NCBI GenBank assembly: GCA_964454975.1
Contig: CAYVVD010000001.1
Span: 195,658 to 259,657 of the forward strand
DNA from: an uncultured Hyphomicrobiales bacterium
GTDB taxonomy: Bacteria; Bacteroidota; Ignavibacteria; Kapaibacteriales; UBA2268
DNA length: 64,000 bases
Direction: 5' to 3'
The position numbers and the translations under genes are program-made. Positions 27,868-38,440 of the stretch are shown piece after piece (within the stretch, counting starts at the first letter, position 1; the number at the start of each line of letters is the position of its first letter). The notes under the pieces were generated by a model. That model was not told the DNA's origin. It made no database searches and worked only from the letters and a program-made list of their open reading frames with translations.

Positions 27868-28689
27868 ATGAGAACACTGGAATATTATTTAAACCAAAGC
27901 ATGGATTTCCTTGCATACTACATACCAAAAGTATTTTTGGCACTTGTTACGCTGATTATCGGCTTTTGGGTAATAAAGTACATTACAAGGCTTGCTGAAA
28001 AAGCTTTAGATAAAAACAATATTGATGTTTCTCTAAGAGGTTTTCTTTCGGGTTTAATTTCCATGCTTCTGAAAGTAATGCTTGTTGTAAGCGTGATCTC
28101 GATGGTAGGAATCGAAACAACCTCATTTGTTGCTGTACTTGCTGCTGCCGGCTTTGCAATTGGTTTGGCACTGCAGGGAAGCCTGGGGAACTTTGCGGGA
28201 GGTGTATTACTTCTGATATTTAAACCATTCAAAGCAGGTGATTTTATTGAGGCTCAGGGTTACAGCGGTACTGTAAATTCAATTCAAATCTTTAATACTG
28301 TACTAAAAACACCGGATAACAAGACTATTATAATCCCAAACGGAGCAATGTCATCCGGGCCTGTTGTAAATTATTCAACCGAAGAACTGCGGCGTGTTGA
28401 CTTTGTTTTTGGGATTGGATATTCAGATGATGTATCACTTGCAAAGCAAACGCTGAATGATCTAATCGCTGCCGATGAAAGAATATTGAAGGAACCTGTG
28501 CACCAGGTAGTAGTTTCAGAGCTGGCTGATTCATCTGTTAACTTTACAGTACGTGTATGGGTTAATGCGGCAGATTACTGGGGTGTGTTTTTCGATATGC
28601 AGGAAAATGTTAAGTTTAAGTTTGACGAAAAGGGAATATCAATTCCGTTCCCACAGACAGATGTGCATTTAATAAAAGAGAATAATTGA
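27868..28689 (+). CDS. mscS: Small-conductance mechanosensitive channel, MscS family
   Basis: Three N-terminal TM helices then the MscS beta-domain signature FKPFKAGDFIEAQGYSGTVNSIQIFNTVLKTPDNKTIIIPNG. Confidence 0.85.
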   Translation: MRTLEYYLNQSMDFLAYYIPKVFLALVTLIIGFWVIKYITRLAEKALDKNNIDVSLRGFLSGLISMLLKVMLVVSVISMVGIETTSFVAVLAAAGFAIGLALQGSLGNFAGGVLLLIFKPFKAGDFIEAQGYSGTVNSIQIFNTVLKTPDNKTIIIPNGAMSSGPVVNYSTEELRRVDFVFGIGYSDDVSLAKQTLNDLIAADERILKEPVHQVVVSELADSSVNFTVRVWVNAADYWGVFFDMQENVKFKFDEKGISIPFPQTDVHLIKENN

Positions 28690-28801
28690 TTCACTTTTCA
28701 ATCACAGGCGGCATACTGTGTAAATCCCTAAATTACAAGCCGTAAGTGTAACTTTCAGAAGTGGTTTTTTGTTTCTTTAATATTAAGGACCGGAGTAAAA
28801 A

Positions 28802-31800
28802 ATGAAAAAGGTAATATTCCTGTTATTGATCTCAACTTTTTGTATTAATTCTCAACCTTGGATGGAAAACCTGCCAAATGAGAATCAATCAAAATTTGAT
28901 AAAGTAGTATCATCATTTAATGAGTATTTTGAGACCCGCGAACCTGTAAAAGGGAGCGGCTGGAAGCAATTCAAGCGATATGAGGAATTTTGGAAGGAAC
29001 GTGCGGGAGAATCAGGAATTGTTCCATCTGCCCGGGAAATTTTGAATGAATGGAATAAGTACAATCAAAAGAAAGCAGGCTCTGCTGTTCTCGCTGACGA
29101 GGCTGATTGGAAGCTTTGGGGGCCGGTATCAGTTCCACGGAATGAAATCACATACCAATCTGCCGGCATTGGCAGAATCAATATAGTAGAGTTTCACCCT
29201 GCAAATCATCAGGTAATCTGGGCAGGTTCTTCAGCCGGTGGTGCATGGAAAAGCACAAACAACGGCGCAACATGGGAGGCTGTCCCAATAACTCAGTATC
29301 TTGCCGTTGGTGTTACGGATATTGCAATATCGAAATCTCATACAAACTTTATGTACATGGCCACAGGGGACGGTAACGGTTATTCGATGTCCCGAAATTT
29401 TTCCATGGGTATTCTCAAATCTGTTGATGGTGGCGAAACATGGGAATATACTTCAAAAATCCATGAATTTGAAGACCAGTTATTGTATAACAGGCTGCTT
29501 ATACATCCGGATAATCCGAATATTGTATGGGTGGCTTCAAATGTTGGAATACTGAAAACTACCGATGGCGGGCAGAAATGGAATTTGGTTTCAGATAAAT
29601 TACACTTCCGGGATTTGGAGTTTAAACCCGGTGATCCAAATGTAATTTATGCCGGCACATATGGAAACGGGGATGCCTATCGCTCTACAGATGGAGGTGA
29701 CTCATTTCAGGATCTTAACATTACCCAAAATTCCAACAGAGTGGCAATCGCTGTTACAGAATCAAATCCTAAAGTGGTTTACGCCCTCTGCTCAAGGAGT
29801 GGTACAAGCAGTTTTAATGCCCTCTTCAAATCAACCGATAGCGGTGATAATTGGCAACTAATGTCGAGCAGCCCTAACATACTGGGAATATCGCCGGAAG
29901 GGGCTTCCGGAAGTGGTCTTGGCTGGTACGCACTTGCTTTTACAGTTTCTCCTCAAAATGAAAATTTTGTTTTTGCCGGAAGTGTTAATTCATGGTATTC
30001 AAATGACGGCGGCAAGACATGGAAACTAATGACACACTGGCAGGGAAGGTTTGGAGCGCCTTTTATTCATGCAGACCAGCATTTTTTCACATTTCAGCCC
30101 GAAACAAATCTTCTTTATTCAGCCAATGATGGAGGCATTTACCGTTCATCCGACTTATTAGATTGGGAAACAATCTCGCATGGAATATCAGTTAACCAGA
30201 TGTACAGAATCGGCTCATCGCAATCCAGCCCGCATGTTATTTCAGGTTCACAGGATAATGGCACAAATCTATATGACGGAAACTCCTGGTCGCATGTACT
30301 CGGGGCGGATGGTATGAGTTGCCTGGTAAGCTATGATAATCCTGATGTTATGTTTGCATCTTATCAAAGTGGTTCTGTTTACAGGAGTTTAGATGGTGGT
30401 GAGAATTTCTCGTTTATTTATTCCGCACAGCAGGCTCAGGAAAACTCAGTCTGGGTAACTGAAGTTGAGCAAGACCCGCTCGAACCGAATACAATTTACC
30501 TCGGTTATCGCAATATATTTAAATCAGTTCATAACGGGGCACAGTTTACTAAGATTTCCAATTTTTCCGGTGGCAGCAATCCGATAAATGTGATTAAAAT
30601 CTCGCCGTTTAATAACGATTATATCTATGTATGCAGATGGAGCATGATATTCAAAACTTCGGATGGCGGAGACTCCTGGGACGAACTTTACGACAGCCAG
30701 CAAACGATAACTGATATTGAAATTGACCCGCTGAACCCTGACAGGATTTGGTTTACTAAGTCCGGTTATATTGACGGTCAAAAGGTATTTGAATACAAGG
30801 ATGGAGAAATAACCAATATCTCCGGAACTTTACCAAATGTACCTGTGAATACTATAGTTTACCTGAAAGAATCTGAGGATAAGCTTTTCATAGGTACGGA
30901 TCTTGGAGTGTTTTACAGAGATAAATTTATGAAAGACTGGGTGCCATTCAACCAGGGGATGCCAAATGTAGTTATTAGCGAACTTGAAGTACAATATCAG
31001 ACAGGAAAGCTGTTAGCTGGGACATTTGCTCGTGGATTGTGGGCTACAGACTTCAAGAACTGCAAAATTGATGAACCCGTCTTGAGTGTTTACGGAAGCC
31101 TTGAGTTTTGTGAAGGTGATAGCGTGGTAATTACTGTTGCAAATGATTTCTCAAATTATAAATGGAACACCGGCGATACTACAAGTTCGATTGTTGTCAA
31201 AGAAAGTGGTTCTTTCAATGTTACTGTTCAGAACGAAGATGGCTGCACGGCTTATTCAGAAACTTTAAATTCAGTTATGAACCCTGCACCTGATGTATCC
31301 ATAAGTGCAAATAAACTTTCCCCGTTCTGTATCGGCGATACGGTTAAACTCTACACACCAAGCATAGGTTATGCTGAATTTACCTGGAATAATAATGAAG
31401 AAGGCAGAGAGTTGTTCATCATCGAAGCAGGTGAATACTTCGTGACAGGTTTAACCAGTGCAGGGTGTGTGAAGGCTTCTAATACAATCGAAGCTGAATT
31501 CCTCCCAAAAACAGAAGTACCTGTAATCAAGGTTTACAAAAGTAAACTTATTGCCCCTGATGCCGATGAATATCTTTGGATGCACAACGGCAAGATTATA
31601 AAAGGAGCGTTTGAAAAAGAGCTTGAACTATTTGACACCGGCGGATATCGTGTTGCTGTCAGGCGTGGCGGGAGCTGCTTTACTTTGTCGCCTGAAGTTG
31701 ATGTGTTAACAAGTATTGATGATTTATCTTCTGATAACTCTTTAAAAGTTATTCCCCAGCCTGCAAGTGATTATATTGATTTATTAACCTATAAAAAGAT

Positions 31801-31966
31801 TTTTTCTATTGAAATTTATGACTCCCGTGGATTGCTCGTATTCGGGCAAGGACATAACAATAAGAATAATTTGCGTATTGATACTTCAGCATTTTCAACA
31901 GGAGTTTATATAATTGTAGCAAATGTTTCAGGCGAAATGCATATTGAAAAATTTATCAAAGAATAG
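28802..31966 (+). CDS. T9SS-secreted BNR/Asp-box beta-propeller protein (sortilin/Vps10- or GH74-like) with Ig-like domains and a T9SS C-terminal sorting domain; tandem paralog 1
   Basis: Signal peptide. At least eight S-x-D-G-G-x-T/S-W Asp-box repeats (STNNGATWE, SVDGGETWE, TTDGGQKWN, STDGGDSFQ, STDSGDNWQ, SNDGGKTWK, SLDGGENFS, TSDGGDSWD). The C-terminus KVIPQPASDYIDLL...IEIYDSRGLLV...GVYIIVANVSGE matches the T9SS CTD. Confidence 0.8.
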   Translation: MKKVIFLLLISTFCINSQPWMENLPNENQSKFDKVVSSFNEYFETREPVKGSGWKQFKRYEEFWKERAGESGIVPSAREILNEWNKYNQKKAGSAVLADEADWKLWGPVSVPRNEITYQSAGIGRINIVEFHPANHQVIWAGSSAGGAWKSTNNGATWEAVPITQYLAVGVTDIAISKSHTNFMYMATGDGNGYSMSRNFSMGILKSVDGGETWEYTSKIHEFEDQLLYNRLLIHPDNPNIVWVASNVGILKTTDGGQKWNLVSDKLHFRDLEFKPGDPNVIYAGTYGNGDAYRSTDGGDSFQDLNITQNSNRVAIAVTESNPKVVYALCSRSGTSSFNALFKSTDSGDNWQLMSSSPNILGISPEGASGSGLGWYALAFTVSPQNENFVFAGSVNSWYSNDGGKTWKLMTHWQGRFGAPFIHADQHFFTFQPETNLLYSANDGGIYRSSDLLDWETISHGISVNQMYRIGSSQSSPHVISGSQDNGTNLYDGNSWSHVLGADGMSCLVSYDNPDVMFASYQSGSVYRSLDGGENFSFIYSAQQAQENSVWVTEVEQDPLEPNTIYLGYRNIFKSVHNGAQFTKISNFSGGSNPINVIKISPFNNDYIYVCRWSMIFKTSDGGDSWDELYDSQQTITDIEIDPLNPDRIWFTKSGYIDGQKVFEYKDGEITNISGTLPNVPVNTIVYLKESEDKLFIGTDLGVFYRDKFMKDWVPFNQGMPNVVISELEVQYQTGKLLAGTFARGLWATDFKNCKIDEPVLSVYGSLEFCEGDSVVITVANDFSNYKWNTGDTTSSIVVKESGSFNVTVQNEDGCTAYSETLNSVMNPAPDVSISANKLSPFCIGDTVKLYTPSIGYAEFTWNNNEEGRELFIIEAGEYFVTGLTSAGCVKASNTIEAEFLPKTEVPVIKVYKSKLIAPDADEYLWMHNGKIIKGAFEKELELFDTGGYRVAVRRGGSCFTLSPEVDVLTSIDDLSSDNSLKVIPQPASDYIDLLTYKKIFSIEIYDSRGLLVFGQGHNNKNNLRIDTSAFSTGVYIIVANVSGEMHIEKFIKE

Positions 31967-34900
31967 CTTTCATTTTTTCCGGCTTTCTTTCTTTTTCTTT
32001 GCTGTAATAACATTTCTACCTGCAAATTTGTATCCAAGGGACGAATCTGAAAGAGGTAAATATATAGGGTTTCTGGAGAAATTTAGTGGGACAGGCAATA
32101 ACGATAAGCTGCAGAAATATATATACCTAAATAAAAAGAAAATTCAACACAGAAGCAATGCATTTGATGAAATTGAGAAACTGAAGCAATTCTCAAAAGC
32201 CCAAACCAATACACAATCAGGAAAGAAATGGAAATCTATTGGTCCTTTTTCAGGCTCTGAAATCAGGCCCGAAAGGAATGGCCTGGGAAGAGTTAATTGT
32301 GTTGCATTCCACCCGGAAAAGGACGAAATATGGATAGGTGCTGCTACAGGAGGAGCATACAAAAGTACTGACCGGGGAGCTAATTGGTTACCGATTGAGT
32401 TTGGTGATTTGCCGGTAATTGGGGTTTCAGACATTGAATTTACCGGGGATCACATTTTTATTCTGACGGGCGATGCCGAAGCATGGGTGCCGGAGTCAGG
32501 GTTCAATTTCGGGCTAATATATTCAATGGATGAAGGGGAAAGCTGGGAGAGAATCTCATTAACCGGTACTGAAAAAGGCTTAATTTTAAGTGATTTGATT
32601 ATATCAAACAGCGGAGCCATTCTAATAGCAACCGAGGATGGGATTTATTATTCTAAAGATCTTGGTAAATCCTGGGATACGAAGTTCGAAGAGTACTACT
32701 TCAGAAACCTGATTTCACATCCTAAAAACAAAGATACCATTTTTGCTTCTACAACTGATATAGATGGGAATAGCCGCCTTTTCAGGTCAAAAGATGGCGG
32801 CAAGTCCTGGGAAGAATTAAAAAGATTCCCGGGTGGTATCAGGATTGAAATGGCTGTTAACAATTATGTACCTGATAAACTCTGGGTGCTTTATGCAAAT
32901 TCACTTTTTGAAGCTGACGGAACAGTGCTTATGACGCCCGATGGCGGCGAAAGCTGGCATACAATCCTACATGAAGATGAAAGAATCGTGAAAGGGGCAG
33001 GACATTACAACCTTGCCATTGAAGCTATCCCGATGTGGGAAAACGGTGACCTCAAAGTAGATATTTATGCAGCAGGCATTAATATTTCCTGCATAAAAAA
33101 CAAAGTTGATGTTATTGATATAAGTAAAGGTGTGCATGTTGACCATCATAAGTTAAAGCGTTCTCCATACGACAGCTTGTTATACTCATGTAATGATGGC
33201 GGTATTTTCAGGTATAATCCGGAAACAAAGATTTGGGAAGATCTTAGCAAAGGACTGGCCATTACACAATTCTACAGGCTCGGTGCAAATCCGGTTCACG
33301 AGAGTTTGTTATTCGGTGGTGCACAGGATAACGGCACGTTAAGAATGAAGTTGCGGGATTGGAGCGAAGTTGGCGGCGCCGACGGGATGGAATGTATAGT
33401 CCATCCGAAAAATCCTCAAATAGTTTATTCTTCCATACAGCGGGGTGAAATATTCAAATCAACAGATGGCGGAAAATACTTCGACAAACATATTTCACAC
33501 AAGATTTCGGAATTAAAGCCTTGGATTGCTGACTTTTTAGTATTACCCGGAGAAAGGGATACAATAATTGTTGGCTACCAAAACTTGTGGATGATAACTG
33601 ATGATGGTGAAACTGTAGAAAAACTGACCGATATTACATCCTCATATGAATTTATAAAAGACGTTGAAATTCCTGATAATAGCCCGGGCAGGATTCTATT
33701 TGCCAAAGGAATTAATGTATATTCAATTGATCTAAAAACTAAGGATTTTGAAAGCAAGTTTTTCCATACCGGCATTGTAAGCGATATTGTGTCTGATGGA
33801 GAATCCGGTTTTTTCGTTACAACAATAGATGATTTCAAACCCCGGGTTCTTCATATTGCTGAAAAAAATAAAGATTTAACTGCAAACATGCCGGAGCTTT
33901 CCGTTTACAGCCTTGAATATATAGTTGAAGCTGACAGGCTGTTTGCAGGCACTGACCTCGGCGTTTTTGAATATCAAAATGATGAGTGGATACTTTTAAA
34001 AAATGGAATGCCTTACTCTGTTGTTTATGAGATCGAATATCATCCGTTAAGCGGAAAATTGCTTGCTGCAACATACGGAAATGGCATGTGGGAACTCGAT
34101 TTAAAGGCCTGTAATATTGAAAGGCCGGTTTTTTCTCATCAGGACACAGTTGTGCTTTGCGGTGAAGAGATAATTGACTTAGAACCAATAAACTATGATG
34201 AAAAACTGATTTATATCTGGCAGGATGGGTCTAAAGGCTCAAGTAGGACGATAAGCAGGGCAGGAGAGTATTATGTTTCCTCAATTGATGAATCGGGTTG
34301 CGGCTCGACGTCTGAATCTATATATGTCCTGAAGGCTGAAAAACCTGATATATATTTTCATTTTTCAAAAAATGTAATGTGTAATGGTGATACACTCTTA
34401 GTCCACGCCGGAATTAATAACTACAGCCCGGGCGATTTGGAATTTACCTGGTCCGACGGAAAAAAGGGCAATGCGAGGTTGATATCGAAACCGGGCGAAT
34501 ATAAATTAACAGCAAAAAGTGAAATCGGGTGTGAATCTGATACTATTAGAATCAATATCCTTGCATCTGAAATAAGTAATCCGATTATTCAAAAGAAAGG
34601 CGATGAACTAATAACCATTGAAGGATTTGAATACTTGTGGTACAAGGATGGCATCCTGTTACCTGAAGAGTCAGGGAAAAAATTGAAAATAAGAGGAAGC
34701 GGTAAATACTTTGTCAAGATTTCGGATGAGTACGGATGTTCTGATTCTTCAGAAGTCTATTCAGTAAATTTTAATGAATCCTCCGGAAATATAAAATACT
34801 CTGTCTATCCAAATCCGGCAAGCGAATCAATTATTATAGAAGGCGAGTTCCTCGAACCGGCGGCTTTATCAATCTACATTTATGATGTTAATGGCAAAGA

Positions 34901-35039
34901 AATATCAAGGACTCAATTTGAATCTAATAGTGATTACTTTTATAAGTCTATCAATATAAGTGCTTTGTCAGCAGGTGTATATTATATTGCTTTTAGCGTG
35001 GATAATAGAATTACAACTCATTCATTCATAAAACATTAG
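31923..35039 (+). CDS. T9SS-secreted BNR/Asp-box beta-propeller protein, tandem paralog 2
   Basis: Asp-box repeats (STDRGANW, SMDEGESWE, SKDLGKSWD, SKDGGKSWE, TPDGGESWH, STDGGKYFD). T9SS CTD (YSVYPNPASESIIIEG...SIYIYDVNGKE...GVYYIAFSV). The only start giving a signal peptide is ATG 31923, which overlaps paralog 1 by 44 nt. Confidence 0.75.
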   Translation: MFQAKCILKNLSKNSFHFFRLSFFFFAVITFLPANLYPRDESERGKYIGFLEKFSGTGNNDKLQKYIYLNKKKIQHRSNAFDEIEKLKQFSKAQTNTQSGKKWKSIGPFSGSEIRPERNGLGRVNCVAFHPEKDEIWIGAATGGAYKSTDRGANWLPIEFGDLPVIGVSDIEFTGDHIFILTGDAEAWVPESGFNFGLIYSMDEGESWERISLTGTEKGLILSDLIISNSGAILIATEDGIYYSKDLGKSWDTKFEEYYFRNLISHPKNKDTIFASTTDIDGNSRLFRSKDGGKSWEELKRFPGGIRIEMAVNNYVPDKLWVLYANSLFEADGTVLMTPDGGESWHTILHEDERIVKGAGHYNLAIEAIPMWENGDLKVDIYAAGINISCIKNKVDVIDISKGVHVDHHKLKRSPYDSLLYSCNDGGIFRYNPETKIWEDLSKGLAITQFYRLGANPVHESLLFGGAQDNGTLRMKLRDWSEVGGADGMECIVHPKNPQIVYSSIQRGEIFKSTDGGKYFDKHISHKISELKPWIADFLVLPGERDTIIVGYQNLWMITDDGETVEKLTDITSSYEFIKDVEIPDNSPGRILFAKGINVYSIDLKTKDFESKFFHTGIVSDIVSDGESGFFVTTIDDFKPRVLHIAEKNKDLTANMPELSVYSLEYIVEADRLFAGTDLGVFEYQNDEWILLKNGMPYSVVYEIEYHPLSGKLLAATYGNGMWELDLKACNIERPVFSHQDTVVLCGEEIIDLEPINYDEKLIYIWQDGSKGSSRTISRAGEYYVSSIDESGCGSTSESIYVLKAEKPDIYFHFSKNVMCNGDTLLVHAGINNYSPGDLEFTWSDGKKGNARLISKPGEYKLTAKSEIGCESDTIRINILASEISNPIIQKKGDELITIEGFEYLWYKDGILLPEESGKKLKIRGSGKYFVKISDEYGCSDSSEVYSVNFNESSGNIKYSVYPNPASESIIIEGEFLEPAALSIYIYDVNGKEISRTQFESNSDYFYKSINISALSAGVYYIAFSVDNRITTHSFIKH

Positions 35040-35168
35040 ATTTCTCATTACGTTCTAATGCTTAGGAAGTTTCGTATTCTTAATCGAATCGAAAGAAAAA
35101 TTGTAACTTTCTCGTCAGAGGAATAGTCATTAATGGAAAGATTTTTATCAATATAGAATTAAATCAAA

Positions 35169-38100
35169 ATGAACAAAAAGAGCTCTTTAATTTTACTAAT
35201 CCACTTCATGTTTTTAACCGGCCTCTCAATATCTTATGGTCAATTAAACTTCGATTACCTCGAAAGCATCGAGAAACCCACAATTCATAATTTCATAAAA
35301 GCATATGATTTAGAAGCTTCAAAATCTGAAAAAAAACTGCCGGGTTGGAAACAATACAAACGTTGGGAGTATTTCTGGGAGCAAAGGCTTGGAAAATCCG
35401 GTGAGTTAATTTCTACTGAGATTGCTGTGCAAATTTACAACGAAGCACAGAAATTCTATAATGACAATAAGATTGGTAGCCGTACGCAGGCAGCGCAATG
35501 GGTGAATATGGGGCCGAATTTACACAGCAATATAGCCGGTCACGGTAGGGTAAACATAGTAAGAATAAATCCCTCTAATGACAATGATTTGTGGATTGGC
35601 ACAGCAGGCGGTGGTGTCTGGCGTTCTCAGAATGGTGGAGTTACATGGACGAATTTCCCTTTTACAGAATTTCTTTCTCTTGGGGTTTCAGATATAGCAA
35701 TTTCACCAACAAATCCCCAGGTAATCTATGTTTCTACCGGTGATTTTGATGGTATGAGCTCAACCCTTTACGATGCTTATAGCGTTGGAATCATCAAAAC
35801 AACAAATAGTGGCAACACCTGGGAATTCACATCAGCTCAGTATGAACTGGACAGGAATGTCTTTTTTAGCAGGTTGTTGATTGACCCGAACAACCCGGAT
35901 ATAGTTGTTGCCGGCTCTACAAGTGGTATATACAAAACTACTGATGGTGGCGCTACCTGGAGCAATACTTTACAATCCGGGGCAATATCAGACATCGAGT
36001 ATTTCCCTGCTGACTATGATAATATGTATGCTACTTTGTTTTCACGCAATGGAAATGCAGGGTTTTACAAATCAACCAACGCTGGAACATCGTGGCAGTT
36101 TGTAGAATCATTTGCGGATGCTAACAGAATAGCTATTACAGTTTCGCCGGCTAATCCTGATAAAATGTATGCTCTCCTTAGCCATACAAATAACGGCTAC
36201 CATTCGTTTATGGTACTAGACAGGCAGGCAAGCGATGAGTTTGTTGTGCAATCATCAATATCAACAGTAGGAAATTTACTCGGCTGGGGAACCGGTAGCA
36301 GTAATGACGAAGGTGGCCAGGGTTTTTATGATTTATGTATAGCAGCCAATCCGAATAATGAAAATGATATTTATATCGGTGGAATAAATATCTGGCGTTC
36401 AACAACAGGCGGCAGGACATGGGCGCTAAATGCCCACCAATGGGGAGCGCAGGGCAAACCTTATGTTCATGCTGACCAACACGACCTCTTGTTCTCTCCC
36501 AACGGGGACAGGTTGTACTCTGCCAACGACGGAGGTATGGATTATACATCAAATGGCGGAAGCTCATGGAGAAGCATCAGCGAAGGTATTGAAGCTTCTC
36601 AATTTTACAGGCTTGGCGGTTCTGCACAAAATTCTAACTTGATATATGCAGGCGCCCAGGACAATGGTACGAGCAGGTATCTGAACGGCAACTGGGTAAG
36701 TGCCAGTGGAGGAGACGGAATGGAAGCTGTTGTTGATCCAAATAATCAAGACCGTGCCTATGTTTCTTCACAGTTGGGAAATATAAGAAGGAGAGACCCA
36801 AATACCGGCCAGTTTCGCTCAATGCTTTCCGTGAACATTGTTGGAGAAAATGCCTCATGGCTGACTCCTTACCTCGTGCATGAAGTAAAATCCAATAGAG
36901 TATATGCAGGATATATCAATGTCTGGCTTCATGAAAATTACGGAGCTGATAATAACTGGACAAAGATCTCTAATTTCTCAACACAAAATACTTTGAGGAC
37001 TCTTGCTATTTCTCCGAAAAACGAGAATTATATATATACAGCGACCTGGAATACCATGAATGCAACAACCAACGGTGGAAATACATGGGAAATCATCCTC
37101 AGTTCGAATTCATCAATAACTTACATATTTCCACATCCTACTATGCAGGAAAGAGTGTATATAACCAAATCGGGATTTGTAGAAGGTGATAAAGTTTACA
37201 TGTATGATGGTACAAATTGGCACAACCTGAGTGGTAACCTTCCTAACGTACCCGTAAATTGCGTTGTTTACCAGAAAGATTCGCCTGACAGGATTTATGC
37301 CGGTACTGATATCGGAGTATTTTACTCTGATTACAACTCATCCTTCTGGATGCCTTACGGCGAGGGCCTTCCAAATGTTGTTGTATCAGAGCTTGAGATA
37401 AATTACAACTCAAGGAAATTAAGAGCATCAACCTATGGCAGGAGCTTATGGGAAACCGATTTACTTGATTGCGATTTGGAACCTGTCCAGGTTAATGTAA
37501 AGGGTGATTTAACCTTTTGCGAAGGAGAGTCGGTAATTCTCGAAGCAGCTCAGAATTACCCTTCATATCGTTGGTCAAACGGTGCAACTACAAAGAGCAT
37601 TGAAGTATTTGAATCAGGAACTTACAGCCTGATGATTCCGACCGGTGAATGTTCTGCAAAGTCAATCGCCATTACTGTCAATGTACTGAATGTTGGAAAT
37701 CTGGAAATTAATCCTTCCCAGGATGGCAAGTTTTGCGAAGGCGACACTGCAATACTTTCCGCTTCATTTGGTTTTCCCCTTGACTCATATGAATGGAGTG
37801 ACGGAACAAAATCAAGAAGGCTTGAAACAACATTACCGGGAACCTATACGGTTACTGCTTTGACCAGTGACGGGTGTCCTGTTGAATCAGAATCATTTGA
37901 ACTTGAATTTATGCCAAGGCCGGAAAAACCTGAAATCCTTCCGGCTGGGAAAGACCTCACTGCACCTGAAGCTGATAATTACCAGTGGTACCTTAACGGT
38001 GATAAATTATCCGGGGCAAATAAAAGAGTTTTGACACCGATTGTACCTGGGGAATACCAGGTTGAAGTTTTCAATGAACATGACTGTTCAAGCATTTCAG

Positions 38101-38375
38101 ATGTTTATAATTTAATTACTTCTGTTGAAACAAATTCCGAAAGCATTTTCAATATTAGCCCAAATCCCTCAAACGGATTGTTCAGGCTCGAAACTGACTA
38201 TGATGGCATAATCGGAAAACGTGCTGAAATAACCGATATGCTCGGCAGAAAGATACTGAAATTAACGATAGAGAATATTACTGAAATTAATTTGAGCAGT
38301 TCACCGGCAGGTATTTATCTGCTTACAATTGAGCTTGGAAATCAGAGATTAAATTACAAACTGATAAAGAAGTAA
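35169..38375 (+). CDS. T9SS-secreted BNR/Asp-box beta-propeller protein, tandem paralog 3
   Basis: Asp-box repeats (SQNGGVTWT, TTNSGNTWE, TTDGGATWS, STNAGTSWQ, STTGGRTWA, TSNGGSSWR, TTNGGNTWE). It shares the N-terminal motif PGWKQYKRWEYFWEQRLG with paralog 1. T9SS CTD (FNISPNPSNGLFRL...AEITDMLGRKIL...GIYLLTIELGNQ). Confidence 0.8.
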   Translation: MNKKSSLILLIHFMFLTGLSISYGQLNFDYLESIEKPTIHNFIKAYDLEASKSEKKLPGWKQYKRWEYFWEQRLGKSGELISTEIAVQIYNEAQKFYNDNKIGSRTQAAQWVNMGPNLHSNIAGHGRVNIVRINPSNDNDLWIGTAGGGVWRSQNGGVTWTNFPFTEFLSLGVSDIAISPTNPQVIYVSTGDFDGMSSTLYDAYSVGIIKTTNSGNTWEFTSAQYELDRNVFFSRLLIDPNNPDIVVAGSTSGIYKTTDGGATWSNTLQSGAISDIEYFPADYDNMYATLFSRNGNAGFYKSTNAGTSWQFVESFADANRIAITVSPANPDKMYALLSHTNNGYHSFMVLDRQASDEFVVQSSISTVGNLLGWGTGSSNDEGGQGFYDLCIAANPNNENDIYIGGINIWRSTTGGRTWALNAHQWGAQGKPYVHADQHDLLFSPNGDRLYSANDGGMDYTSNGGSSWRSISEGIEASQFYRLGGSAQNSNLIYAGAQDNGTSRYLNGNWVSASGGDGMEAVVDPNNQDRAYVSSQLGNIRRRDPNTGQFRSMLSVNIVGENASWLTPYLVHEVKSNRVYAGYINVWLHENYGADNNWTKISNFSTQNTLRTLAISPKNENYIYTATWNTMNATTNGGNTWEIILSSNSSITYIFPHPTMQERVYITKSGFVEGDKVYMYDGTNWHNLSGNLPNVPVNCVVYQKDSPDRIYAGTDIGVFYSDYNSSFWMPYGEGLPNVVVSELEINYNSRKLRASTYGRSLWETDLLDCDLEPVQVNVKGDLTFCEGESVILEAAQNYPSYRWSNGATTKSIEVFESGTYSLMIPTGECSAKSIAITVNVLNVGNLEINPSQDGKFCEGDTAILSASFGFPLDSYEWSDGTKSRRLETTLPGTYTVTALTSDGCPVESESFELEFMPRPEKPEILPAGKDLTAPEADNYQWYLNGDKLSGANKRVLTPIVPGEYQVEVFNEHDCSSISDVYNLITSVETNSESIFNISPNPSNGLFRLETDYDGIIGKRAEITDMLGRKILKLTIENITEINLSSSPAGIYLLTIELGNQRLNYKLIKK

Positions 38376-38404
38376 TTTCATTTTTATTGAAAATTAATTT
38401 AAAA

Positions 38405-38430
38405 CCCCGTAGATTTACGGGGTTTTTTAT
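38405..38430 (+). terminator. Rho-independent terminator
   Basis: CCCCGTA gatt TACGGGG followed by TTTTTTAT. Confidence 0.8.
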
Positions 38431-38440
38431 TTGGTACAAA

